Assembly (NCBI GenBank): GCA_951406725.2
Contig: OX597816.1
Location: 104,594,001 to 104,658,000, forward strand
Origin: Octopus vulgaris
Lineage: Eukaryota
Direction: 5' to 3'
DNA length: 64,000 nt
The notes under the pieces were generated by a model that was not told where the DNA came from, did no database searches, and saw nothing but the letters and a program-made list of their open reading frames with translations. This document shows, in pieces, positions 13,962 through 26,230 of this stretch. Position 1 is the stretch's first letter; every line of letters starts with the position of its first letter. A program made the position numbers and the translations under genes.

Positions 13962-14503
13962 GATGCAGTACCAAGTAATGGCTTGCATGGCTTCTGATCT
14001 TAACTAATTGGAAGTGTTATGTACATTGTTTTGTCTGGGTATAAAAGATGGGATACAAATATTCTGCTCAGCGCCACAGGTTTGAGAGTCAGTTGTTTGA
14101 CCTTAACCAGTTGAGCATGTTCCTTAGTAGCTGACGATATGTGCATCTCTGATCACGGGCTTAAGTAGTGGGGGAGCATTATAGTTATGCTTTGATAGGA
14201 ATTCTTTGGGGTTCGGATAATTCACCTTTCGAAACATGGGTATTTTATTCATCACCATTAAACAACTCTTATTCAGGGACCTTTTGAGCCGAATAGGCTA
14301 CTCGACCTGAAGAAAATTCTAACTGGGCCCCACCTGCAAGGTCATGCGCTGTTTATCTTGATATGAAATCACAATATCGCACACATATGGTTGTGATGAT
14401 GGATAGTCATGATATGATGGGTATACTGGGCTTCGTAAATTTTACCCCAGTGTCACATTCATGGCATGAACTGCTCTCTCTCAATAATATTAATAATAAT
14501 AAT
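13962..14503 (+). mobile_element. ~530-bp non-coding retroposon-like repeat with (AAT)n tail (family B, copy 1)
   Basis: Colinear and highly similar to the reverse complement of 48418-48988. Confidence 0.85.
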
Positions 14504-14514
14504 GATATTTAAGC

Positions 14515-14725
14515 AGCTAGATTGTGTCAGAATGATGTTTAGCAGCATTTCTTCCAGTTTCTTACGTTTTGAGTTCTGTCGAAGCCTACTTTACCGTTCG
14601 TCTTTTGGGGGTGGAGCACTGGGGGTGGGAGGGCACTAATTAATATCATCGACTCGTGTTTCACTAGCACTTAATCTATTGACCCCCAATGGATAGAAAG
14701 CAAAGACCACCTCGGCGGAATTTTA
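14515..14725. mobile_element. Two SINE family A fragments in opposite orientation
   Basis: + fragment CTTACGTTTTGAGTTC...CTTTTGGGGGTGG; - fragment GACCCCCAATGGATAGAAAGCAAAGACCACCTCGGCGGAATT. Confidence 0.55.
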
Positions 14726-15160
14726 TCAGAGAAAGTAATATTTTATCGAACACCAGCAGTGAATTGTAAAGAAACAAACTGATATATGTTTACTTATAAA
14801 AGCAGAAAAGAGAGAGAGCTGAAAGTGATAGAGACAGAGTGTGTGCAAGTGACTACATTCATATGTTTTTTGAATTTTTTTCTTTTGTCCATCCAGAGTT
14901 TACCGAACATTTCACTCTAAATTTGATTGAAACGCATTTATCGAAGTACATTTGTCTTGTTGTTTCTTTAGTTATCTGTGCTTCTCTCTCTCTCTGCTTC
15001 CTCCACCCTCTTTAGCTTTTCCTTTCTTCTGTCTGTGTCTGAATGTTTGTTTCTCACTGTCTCTCTTTCTCTCTCTCTCTCTCTCTCTGCATCATTCCAT
15101 CTCTCACCCCGATCAGACATAGTGAGTACCACATATACCTGTGCAGGCGCATGCATTACA

Positions 15161-15199
<39 letters not shown>

Positions 15200-15247
15200 A
15201 AGAAGAAGAAGAAGAAGAAGAAGAAGAAGAAGAAGAAGAAGAAGAAG

Positions 15248-15279
<32 letters not shown>

Positions 15280-15294
15280 GAAGAAGAAGAAGAA
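15161..15294. repeat. (GTA)n-(GAA)n microsatellite
   Basis: Direct reading. Confidence 0.95.
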
Positions 15295-16012
15295 AAAGAT
15301 AATAGTAGTTGTGATTTTCTTTAGTATTATAATATCTAATATCTATAATTATTATCAGCTGCATCGACCTGACCGAGTCTTGGATGCCCTGTAAACAGCA
15401 TAGTCACTATTCCTTCCACTTTACTGTCTCTTCGAAGTCTTCTTATTTGGACTCTAATAAAAAAATTAATATCGTCACCAGACTCGTGGTTATCATCGCG
15501 ATATTCATTGTCATCCACGTGTTTTCATCTCGTCTCTATTTCTTTCTCTTTATTTTTCCTTTCTGTATTCGTGTGAGAGATTTCTGTGGACTTATTTTTC
15601 TGTCTTTTGTTGCCTGGAAAACATATATATCCGTTGGTGCCTGCATTTCAATTTGATGGCGTCTTCTTATTCTGTATCTTCCATTTTCGGGGCATTTATT
15701 CCTAAGATGGCTATCAAATTATGTCCAGCTCTTCAAGAATGTGAAGCTAGCATAAAAGAGATCACTCGAAAAAGGAGAAGTGTTCTAACTTAATTAGACA
15801 CAGCAATTGACAGCAATACATAATTTAATGAATTACAGTTATTCATAATAAAAATCTGGTATTCATCACGCCAACTGTTTTCCATTCATGCGAACAAAAT
15901 AATATATTTAAGGTAAAATTAAATCTTTATGAATTATTTACCATTCATATATTGTATTCGAACATTTCTGCACAGTATTGTTTGGTTGGTTTGTGGATGT
16001 ACATACACATGC

Positions 16013-16280
<268 letters not shown>

Positions 16281-16526
16281 ATTATGTATATGTGTATATC
16301 TATCTAGCAATCTCCCTCTATATATATGTGTGTGTTTGTGTGTCTCTGTTTGTGTATGTATATATACATATATATATATATGCATATACTCATGTATCTC
16401 AGTATATGCATGTGTGTGAGAATGTGCATAGTGTGTCAAATGCGGTTGGGTAAACGTATGGGCTATATATAACACTGTAACGATCTTATGAATTGTACTA
16501 CAAGTAGTATTGTTTACTACAAGCAG

Positions 16527-16850
16527 TCTTTTATTTTATTCCTTTACTGCTTTCATTGAGGGACCTGGTATAGCACTAACGTGTGGAGTTGATGAAAACA
16601 ACTCTACTACATTTAAATTTGTTAGTTATTATACTATTCTCTTCTTGCCGAACCACCAGGTTACGAAGATACGAACTACAAGCACCGTTTTTTCGACGGT
16701 GAGCGTTAAATACAAAGATGCAAGCAGTTAAGACGCTTCCACATTGGTTCTGCACACGTAATTTACAGATAATGTGTCTACGGCTACAGGAGAAAATATG
16801 TGACGTGCAGAGACAATGCACCCGAATCCATACGGTTGTTAAGTGATTTT
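16527..16850 (-). mobile_element. Diverged SINE (family C)
   Basis: TCTTTTATTTTATTCCTTTACT tail, TCTTGCCGAACC core and CCCGAATCCATACGGTTG head remnant; complementary to 42790-43075. Confidence 0.5.
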
Positions 16851-16876
16851 GTTTGCAGTGATATGTAGGTAAAAAG

Positions 16877-16923
<47 letters not shown>

Positions 16924-17099
16924 TGTGTGTATGCATGTATATATTCGACGAGTGTCTCGCCTTAGAGGGTAAGGAAAATAAATTGCTGCTGATTTATTAG
17001 CAGCTAAAGTAAATTAGGACAGATCTGAGATTAAAGGCTGATAAAAATATGACAACCTATAATTCAATCTATAAGTCAATACATTAAAATAAATATATA

Positions 17100-17321
17100 C
17101 AGTAGTTGCTCGATTATCGCGGGTGTTTCGTTCCCAAAACCCCCACGATAAGTGAAAATCTGCGAAGTAGAAACAATACAGTACTGTATATATATTTAAA
17201 AAAATTTTATAATTGTATATATCTATTTTATTAGAAATGCAAGACAACACCACGGTGGAATCGACGTAAGCTTAAATAATAAATCGCGATAGTTGAACCG
17301 CGATATGGCGGGGGATTACTG
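17100..17321. mobile_element. pogo/Tigger-like MITE
   Basis: TIRs CAGTAGTTGCTCGATTATCGCGG / CCGCGATATGGCGGGGGATTACTG; TA on the left flank. Confidence 0.7.
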
Positions 17322-17395
17322 CAATTAATGTATGTGTATGTTTGTGCGTGTGCGTTCATGTGTGTATGTGTATATTTCGATATTTACTAATAATA

Positions 17396-17610
17396 AGGTG
17401 GCAAATGGACAGAATTATTAGCATGCCGAACAAAATTCTTAGCGGCATTACGTCCATCTTTACATTCTTGGTTCAAATTTCGTCGAGGGCTTTTTTTTAC
17501 CTTTCCTCCTTTCGGGATCGAGAAAATAAATGCCAGTTGAAAACTGAGGTCATTGTAGTCATCTAGCCCACTTCCCAAAAATTTCTAGCCTTATACCAAA
17601 ATTTGAAACT
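17396..17610 (+). mobile_element. tRNA-derived SINE (family A)
   Basis: CAGAATTATTAGCATGCCG...GGTTCAAATTTCGTCGAGG...CCTTTCCTCCTTTCGGGATCGA...GCCTTATACCAAAATTTGAAA. Confidence 0.75.
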
Positions 17611-18242
17611 AATATTTACTAATTATTCATGCGGATAATATTCTTTCACTTTTCGTGCTGATGTTAGTTATGCAGCAACGGTAACATTTTTATTAGCTTA
17701 TTATCTGTAAGAGGATTTTGTTTCTTTTCTGCTTTATTATTTTTTATTAGATTATCTTATTTTCATTTTTTTTAAAAATTTGTTAGCAAAAAAGTTATCC
17801 GTCGTTTATAACGACAATAATATCGACTGATAGTTATTTCATCGAACCCATTTTGCGTACTCAAGTTTGTACATACCTCCATTCATATGGTTCCTTTCGT
17901 ATTTCTAGCTGAAAAATCAAAACTATATCTTTAATCATAAATTCCCTGAGAAGACAATGGAAAATCCACAATATAAATATATGATTCTCTCTATTACACT
18001 GTTTCTGTAAAGAGTATGTTATAAGATTCAAAGTATTTAAATGATTAGTTGCTATATGTAATAATGAGTAACTATAGCATGTATTACTGAAATTGCAATT
18101 ATAATTTAGATGTCAGCTCACTTGTCGTAAATCCGCCAAATTAAGTAACATAGGTGTTTTCATTATCTCATCAGTACTTCTATTCCTTAACGAAGTATCA
18201 TCTTACCCCAGCAAAATTACTAAAACTGTGAATAAATATGTG

Positions 18243-18247
<5 letters not shown>

Positions 18248-18310
<63 letters not shown>

Positions 18311-18489
18311 TGTGTGTGCATGTGTGTATATGTATTGTACAGAAAACGAAAAAACAGACAGGTGAGGTACCAATAAGCAAGTGTGTTAATTTGACGCAAG
18401 AGAAGAATGGAAAAGTCAAACATTCATACATATATACAAACTTACATATATACACACATGCATGCTTGCATGCATATGTGCATACATAC

Positions 18490-18573
<84 letters not shown>
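18248..18573. repeat. (GT)n tract, then (GATA)n and (GA)n tracts
   Basis: Direct reading. Confidence 0.9.
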
Positions 18574-18575
<2 letters not shown>

Positions 18576-19000
18576 GGAGGGTGCTTAACAGCACCACTCA
18601 ATATTTATAACAAAGATAAATACTATACACAGACGAAATTGAACATGATTTAAGCACTGGATGAAAGTGATGCCAAAGTTTTAAATGATGTTCAAGACAG
18701 ATTTGAAGTCAATAGCACAGAACTTCCTGATGAAATAGACATATCTTATACATTGAAGGCAGATAAATAACAACCAGATTCTGAAGTTGTGTGTGGATGG
18801 AGGGGGCATATCTGTGAAACAATTACTTGTAAATAACCATAAATATCCTTCATTTTTAAATATATCATTTATAACATTAAACTTTTTATCCTGTTTCTTT
18901 TTCAATACTAGATCAACGAAATAAGTATAAATTTTATATTACAAAAACATTAAAATATAATGAATTAAATGATTAGAACTACCAGTGTAGTCATTCTTTT

Positions 19001-19048
<48 letters not shown>

Positions 19049-19062
19049 ATATACATACATAC

Positions 19063-19117
<55 letters not shown>

Positions 19118-19118
19118 G

Positions 19119-19320
19119 TTAATCCAAACATGAAAACACCAAGAGAAAACACAACAACGCGAGGACGTGGAACAAATATAGTATTATTGGACGCTCAGGA
19201 AGGAAGGGAAGAAGGAGGGTTTTACGTTTCGAGCGGAGCTCTTCGTCAGAAACATAGGAAAAGGAAAGATCCAGAGAAGGGAAGACGGAGGAAAAAAATC
19301 GCCAACGGTACACATGCGGT
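19119..19320 (-). mobile_element. ~200-bp hammerhead-bearing insertion within (TA)n
   Basis: Unique purine-rich block flanked both sides by (TA)n; contains the ribozyme motif below. Confidence 0.6.
19219..19253 (-). ncRNA. Minimal type I hammerhead ribozyme (Penelope-type)
   Basis: Minus strand GTTT CTGACGA A GAGC tcc GCTC GAAA C GTA AAAC: stem I GTTT/AAAC, canonical core, stem II, palindromic ACGT stem III, GUA cleavage triplet. Confidence 0.8.
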
Positions 19321-19862
19321 ATATATAATATATTATATATATATATACATACATTTATTTATATATACATATAGATAGAGAGAGAGAGTGGATGAGAAAG
19401 AGGGAGAAGGAGAGAGAGGGAGTCAGACAGACAACAAGATACATAGATAGAAAGACTTATTTTATACACGTTTAATAATTGTGCTATACCACACCAGGAA
19501 GAATAACCAGTCGTTAGAACTTAATATATTTGTTATTCCTGATGTTGAGAGACAATGTGATCTTGCAATAAACCTCTCATACGGACACTCATTATAAACA
19601 GTGAGAAAATTGAGAAGAATATTTAATCATAAATGATATCATAATAAGAATTCATTAGAACTGTCTCGGCTAAGAGAATGAGATAACATTCAGTATTCAA
19701 TGCTAGTCTTTATTCTCATAGCATCGTCAGATGTAAAATGAATTCTTAAATATAAGCGCATGTACCCATCTTAAGATACATATATATATATATATGCACA
19801 CACGTAATCTCCACACACACAGACGCATATATTTACGTGTACATGTGTGTATCTGTGTATGC

Positions 19863-19914
<52 letters not shown>

Positions 19915-19955
19915 ATATATATATATATAGGTATGTGCGTGTGTGTGTGAGTTTG

Positions 19956-19986
<31 letters not shown>

Positions 19987-20667
19987 TTTTGTGTGTGTGT
20001 GTGTATGCATGTCAAGAATTTACCAAATAATAATATTCATTGAGGCTCTGACAACGCTATAACTAATACCCCTTACCACTCACTATTGTAATCTGGTTAA
20101 CACGGCTGAAACAAAAACCTGTAACGTGATTATGGCTCAGCTTGTATTTATTATTTAACATATTGTATATATTAAATCGAATTAAGGTACATCAAATAAT
20201 TTACATGCTGAATTCTTGATTTCCTTCAAGAGAACAGGTAACAAATGCCCTGTTGTAGTTGCGACTAACTGAAAGTGTGTTACGTAGACACTTGCAAGAA
20301 TTCAAAAATCTCCAAAATAGATTGGAAACAAGTAGCCAGGTGCTACCACGTGTTTCTGCTTCAATAGTCGTCATCAGAGCATTCATCGATACTTATAGAT
20401 AAGAGCTACGCCTGGATATATGAAATGTTTTATTAAATATCTTATTTTCACTATTATGTAACATATATTATAATATATTTAATAATATGTATAATATATT
20501 ATACAGCTGCTTAGAATCTTGTATTAATACATCACAACTTTAGAAACAGGTGTATATATCATGATTGAGTAATTATTACTGATACACATACACACACATA
20601 TGAACACAAGTCTGACATGAATATATAGCAAATTATGTGATAATGAATTAGCACGTAGTCTAAGATG

Positions 20668-20718
<51 letters not shown>

Positions 20719-20934
20719 TATATATATATACATGTTCATACACACATATATATATACACATATACATATATATATATACACATGCATATATATATTTATA
20801 TCTATACGCACACACATACATATACATGTGTGTGTGGGGAGGTGTTTGAGTGTTTGTTGTCTTCGTTGTATCCATTTTAGTTCTATTGTGTGATTATGTA
20901 CTGTGTTGTCGCTTTCGCTGTCCTCTTTCCACAG

Positions 20935-21090
20935 ATCATTTAAGATAGCCAGCGACATGTACCAACAGTTCGGCACTGGATCGGACGGACAGGTCACGTC
21001 ATAGAACGAATAGGCTTTTCTGCACCCAGCAAAGGGCTTGACGCTAGCGCTTATCCCCGACAGCTAGTGACAAAGCCTTTGTGGGCAGCG
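20935..21090 (+). other. Candidate exon (probably non-coding or terminal)
   Basis: Pyrimidine tract GCTTTCGCTGTCCTCTTTCCACAG| acceptor; possible donor GCG|GTGAGC at 21091; GC-rich unique block; stops in all three frames. Confidence 0.35.
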
Positions 21091-21097
21091 GTGAGCC
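21013..21097 (+). ncRNA. pri-miRNA-like hairpin (family not recognised)
   Basis: GGCTTTTCTGCACCCAGCAAAGGGCTTGACGCTAGC-14 nt loop-GCTAGTGACAAAGCCTTTGTGGGCAGCGGTGAGCC; ~35-nt arms with bulges and G:U pairs. Confidence 0.5.
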
Positions 21098-21310
21098 ATA
21101 ACACGAGGACATAGAAACTGCCTTTGGGAAAAAGCATGCATGTCACATACCTCTTTCAATTTTCTCACTTCTAGAATCTTTGGCTTCATGCTTGTTTGTG
21201 AAATATTTAATTTACATATACATTGTTTTAACATTATACATACACACACACATATGCATATATATGTATGCATAACACACATGTATATATATACGTATAT
21301 GTATATATCC

Positions 21311-21356
<46 letters not shown>

Positions 21357-21618
21357 ATATATATATATATATACATATATATCATATACTATAATATATA
21401 TATAAATGCGTTTTGTGTAAATATACATATATGTATATATATATATACATGCTTTTTTATGTACGTATATGTTGTATATATGTAATCCATATACATAATT
21501 TTCGTTATTAATGTTACTATCGAAGTTTGCACGATAATATGCCTGCTTTTTATCTTGACGTGAAACGTTTGCAAGCATAAAACACTGTAGAGAATGCCTT
21601 GCTACATGTGGCCTTGCT

Positions 21619-21649
<31 letters not shown>

Positions 21650-21729
21650 TAATAACACAAACACACACGCACACACACACGTTTCTAAACTCAGTATCAT
21701 TTCATGTTAATGATTTTTCGTTCTTTAAG

Positions 21730-22367
21730 TCGTTGAGCTGGCAGAATCATTGGGGCGCCGGGCAAAATGGCTCAGCAGCTTTTCCGCCGAGGTTGACTTT
21801 GCCTTTCATAAATTCGAGGTCGATAAAATAAGTAACATTTGAGCACTGGGGTCGATGTAATCAAGTACCCTCCTACCCTGAAATAGCTGGCCATATGCCA
21901 AAATTTGAATCCTGTATTTTCTTAGCTTAGGGAGGCGAGCCGGCAGAATTATTGGCACGCTGGGCAAAATGCTTAGTTACACCACTGGTCATATAATAAA
22001 CACTCGCTTCCTACCACCAAAGCTGGAGACTCTTCACAGAGTTGCCTTCTCTCTTCTCTTCACTAAGATAATTAGCAAATCAAAAAGCTTAAATGGATTT
22101 CCAACAGTTTGATGTTAACCTTCATCCATTCGGGGTCGTTAAAATGAGTATCTCTCGTACATCGGGATCGATGTAATTGACTAACAGCTTCCTCTACAAT
22201 TTATTATTTCGCCCGTCTTTACGTTCTAAGTTCAAATTCTGCCGAGGTCGACTTTGCCTTTCCTCCTTTGGGGTGGATAAAATAAATACTAGTCAAGCAC
22301 TGGGGTTGATGTAATCAACTGGTCCACTCGCCTAAAATTTCAGGCCTTGAGCCTTTAGTAGAAAGGA

Positions 22368-22464
<97 letters not shown>

Positions 22465-22772
22465 TAATAATAACACTGGGATCGATGAAATCGACTCATT
22501 CGCAGCTCCCCCAAGCTGCTCTTGTGGAAAAAATTCGAAATAATTATTATTATTACGATCGGCGAGTTGGCAGAATCGTTAGCACGCCGGGAAGAATGCA
22601 TAACAGCATTTCGTCCGCCTTGACGTTCTGAGTTCAAATTCCACCGAGGTTGACTTTGCCTTTAATCTTTTTGGATTCGATAAATTAATTACCAGTTGTG
22701 TACTGGGGTCGATGTAATTGACTAGTCCCCTTCTTCAAAATTTCAGGCTTTCTGCCGTTAGTAGAATGGATT
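21730..22772 (+). mobile_element. Cluster of same-strand SINE family A copies and fragments
   Basis: Pieces at ~21730-21912, 21930-21978, 22115-22200, 22205-22368, 22475-22545, 22561-22772; shared GAGTTCAAATTC, CCGAGGT(C/T)GACTTTGCCTTT and CTGGGGTCGATGTAAT. Confidence 0.85.
22370..22473. repeat. (ATT)n abutting (AAT)n, self-complementary microsatellite
   Basis: Direct reading; switch at 22430/22431. Confidence 0.9.
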
Positions 22773-22782
22773 ATTATTATTA

Positions 22783-23163
22783 CTAGCTGACGTCGTGCCG
22801 TCAAAGATGAAGGCTAACTGTAGTATTTTCATATGTAAAAAGGGTACTAAAAGGTGAAAAAAAAAATCGACAGTGCTTCAAATGTGTGTATGTGTGTGTG
22901 CGTGTGTGTGTGCATATGTATACGTTTATATGTATGAGTAGCACAGTGTGCTACTCATGCATAAGAACTACACAAGAGTATTATTATAGTAGATTATTAT
23001 AGTAGAAAATACACGACGCTCTCTTTGCCACTTCCTCTCTCTCGTTGCTATTACTTTCTCTCACTCCCTGTCATTCATGTCTATTACTCTATTTCTCCAC
23101 TGAATTACTATTTTCTCTCCTCTCCCTTCACCAGTTACTCCAACTGCGTTATTTTGAACAAAC

Positions 23164-23165
<2 letters not shown>
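22783..23165 (-). mobile_element. Probable non-autonomous Helitron
   Basis: A|CTAG terminus at 22783 with degenerate GC hairpin GCCGTC-AAA-GATGAAGGC ~10 nt inside; other end uncertain. Confidence 0.4.
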
Positions 23166-23202
<37 letters not shown>

Positions 23203-23205
<3 letters not shown>

Positions 23206-23631
23206 TATATAAAATCCGTTCTGTCTGCCTCTGTGTGTGTCTTCTAGGATCTCGGGCATGCTCCATCAGATTGCGGTGAAATTTGATATGTAGATACCGA
23301 CGGTATCAGGGCGTGTATAAGTCTTGAAAAAATTACAAAAATCGATTCCTGGTGAGAATGCATTTGTACGCGCAAATACATCAGCTGTTGCGATGTACTT
23401 ACTGGTACTTTAAACTCTTCGGTTGCTTTTTGTGTGAATAAAATCGTTTTTCTTTGGAATTAAAAAAAAGTTTGTCTTTATTTCTTCTTTTGCTGGTGTC
23501 TCAAATTTAGGTTAAATCAGTGTTTCTCGAAGGGGAGGCCTATGGGACGGTCGGACAAGTCGTTTTGATAAAATTTGGTTTAAATGTTTGACACCTCAGT
23601 ACCTTCCATTGGACGGAGGGCGTTTTGCTTG
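23203..23631 (+). mobile_element. Non-autonomous Helitron
   Basis: A|TC start followed by TATATAAAA..CTGTCTG..TGTGTGTC; 3' hairpin CCTTCC..GGAGGG then CGTTTTG-CTTG|T (degenerate CTAG). Confidence 0.65.
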
Positions 23632-23638
23632 TATATAA

Positions 23639-23682
<44 letters not shown>

Positions 23683-23711
23683 ACTACGCTCATTATTATA
23701 TTAGGTGGTTA

Positions 23712-23915
23712 AGGCAGCGAGCTTGCAGAATTGTTGGCACGCCGGGCAAAATACTTAGCAGTATTTCATCCGTCCGTACGTTTTCAGTTCAAATTACGCC
23801 GAGGTCGACTTTGCCATTCATAGTTCAGTATCGATAGATTAAGTACCAGTTAAGTACTGGTGTGGATGTGATCGACCATCCTTCTCAGCGCAAATTCCAG
23901 GCCTTGTGCTTAGGG
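23712..23915 (+). mobile_element. tRNA-derived SINE (family A)
   Basis: GGCAGCGAGCTTGCAGAATTGTTGGCACGCCGGGC...AGTTCAAATTACGCCGAGGTCGACTTTGCC...GGCCTTGTGC. Confidence 0.85.
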
Positions 23916-25719
23916 TTAACAATATTTGGACAGACTGTTTGTCTTCTTCTGATTAAGAATGTAAAATGAAAAGAATATTGAAACATAAAAATTCAAAATA
24001 TGAAAGGGGAATATCCTGCATTCCTTTCTAGACAAATTGACGTTATCAGTTTTCGCTGTTTCTTAATTGATAACAGAGAAAAGAAAAAAAGAAATAAAGG
24101 AGAAAGAACACAGGAAAGAGAATACGCAGTCGAGCAGTTTGTGTAAATGAGGTGAAAGTCGCTTGTCATTTTATTCATTTCTCCTTCTGAGTAGTGAAAG
24201 TGCACTAGAGAATATTTTAAGGTGTTCCTCAAAATTATAGCCGTTTGATGTAAAATGTCCGTCAAATTCCACAAACCGCTGTTATAATATCCGTGGGATT
24301 TTCACGGGGATTTTGAAACTTTTCAGACAACTGTAAATCGATACAAGCCATTAAATACACGATTTCGTTTGAAATTGAACGCGTTTTATTTTTAAGATGG
24401 TGTATAGTTCCCATTGGAAGTATTACAGGATCAGATTTTAGAGAGTACATCTTTGGAACTTACATTCTTTCTTATACACTTATTAACTCTTCTACATGGA
24501 AAGTTGATTATTGTTACTTTTATGTCAAAAATTTCCCACGGAATGAAATCAATCAGACAATGTTCTCTCTGTCTATATATCTCACGCTATTTCCCTCTGT
24601 CTATCTTTCTCTCTCTCTCTCTCTCTCGCTCTCTCTCTCACACACACACATACATACACACACACACATACATATATAGTTGGGAAAACAAAAGAAGAGG
24701 ACATGTGTATAAACAACAAGAAAGTGTAGTAGTTTCACGGTCGATATATACTTAAGAGAGAGAGAGTTAGAAGAAAGAGAAAAACAGAAAGTAGAGAAAA
24801 CAAGAAAGATAAAGTGCTACTTGATTTTAAATTTGAAAGCGCCCACTCCCAGAAATTTTGTTTATTCAAATTATACTTGTTATTGAATTCTCTGTATCGT
24901 AGAGAGATAGTCATATAACTACAATATACATAATGTCACGCAAATGATATATAAATATATATATATATATACACACACATACATATGTCTGTATGTATCT
25001 GCAGTCCTATTTGTTTATAAGACAGTGTATCTCATATTTATCAAACAATTTGTATATATATTTTTTAAATGCTCTCTACTTGTCAATTCAGTTTTATTGT
25101 TATTCTCAGTAGAACGGTATCTTCTCCAACGCATATATTCCTAAATAATGTTAAAGTAGAGAGCCAGCGGAAATATCTTGAAGCAGATTATGTGTAAAAA
25201 TGATTAAATGAGGTATAAAAGAAATATTCCTGCCTTATGCTGAGTGTTTCATGCTATGAAACATTTACGATTAGATTATTGGGATTTTGATATATATATA
25301 TATATATATAAGAAAACATGAAATTGAATATAATAAACTTATTCTTCAGAGATTTACTGTGAAATAGGCTTTTTTTAACCTGCGGAGGATAGCCATATTT
25401 GCAACATTTCTATTCGATTAACTAATTACTACTAGAGGCAACTAATAGCATATTTAACTAATAAATATGTCTTTAATTCAATGATAGTAAAATGCATATT
25501 TACGCTTTTTTCCCCTTTTTACATAACATTTACTTACCAATGAATTACCTGCATTAATCTTTTTTCTTATTGATATTATTATTGCTGCTCTTGATATTGT
25601 TCATATTGCTGTTGATGCTCTTGTTCATTAGTCATACTTTTCCCGTTCTTTCAATGATCTACCATTTAACGCTCTTTGTGTTTTGGTTGTGTACATTGTT
25701 TACCTTTAACTTTGTTGTT

Positions 25720-26230
25720 TCTGTTGCTTTGAAAGTAGTCTCGTACATAAATTGTGCGCAGTACCTAGTAATGCTGCTTTATATATGCTGCGTATATTTC
25801 TAAGTCTTAACGTTTTGTTTATGCACCTGTCTACAAGTTGTCTAATCACTCTCGTTATTATAGGGGTTGATTCTAATTTTGCCCTTATGTTTGGATCATC
25901 TTTGTTGTCAAATTCCTTTTTATATTTGACTATCATATCGATCCTAATGTATTTTCTAGAAAGATACATTATTGTCTCTTTGGGCGGATACTTTCATTAG
26001 GAGTTACTTTTCCGTGACTCCTTCACAACAATTTCTTGTCAGTTAACTTTGATCGTTTTCTCAGCGTTTATTAGCATAGCCCTATTTGTGGTTACTTTGT
26101 CATTCAGTGAAACATTTCTAGATGTACCCCAACACTATGGCTTTTCTGGTGTTGATGGTATATTTTCCAATATATGTAATATTCACCTGTCATGCCTCTA
26201 AATATATTTTTCTGAGATAAAACTAAACAT
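25720..26230 (-). pseudogene. R4/Dong-type restriction-like endonuclease C-terminus relic
   Basis: Minus strand RHD motif (~26190) and terminal KAALLGTAH (ORF 25706-25969). Confidence 0.6.

Noticed and set aside
21002-21071. Stop-codon readthrough signal (TAG + 8 nt + stem-loop)
   Set aside because: Another in-frame TAG follows after two codons and TAG TGA ends the frame again
21038-21072. SECIS-like UGA/GA quartet in the hairpin
   Set aside because: The Watson-Crick register pairs these bases differently; the tandem G.A register breaks the upper helix and there is no apical AA
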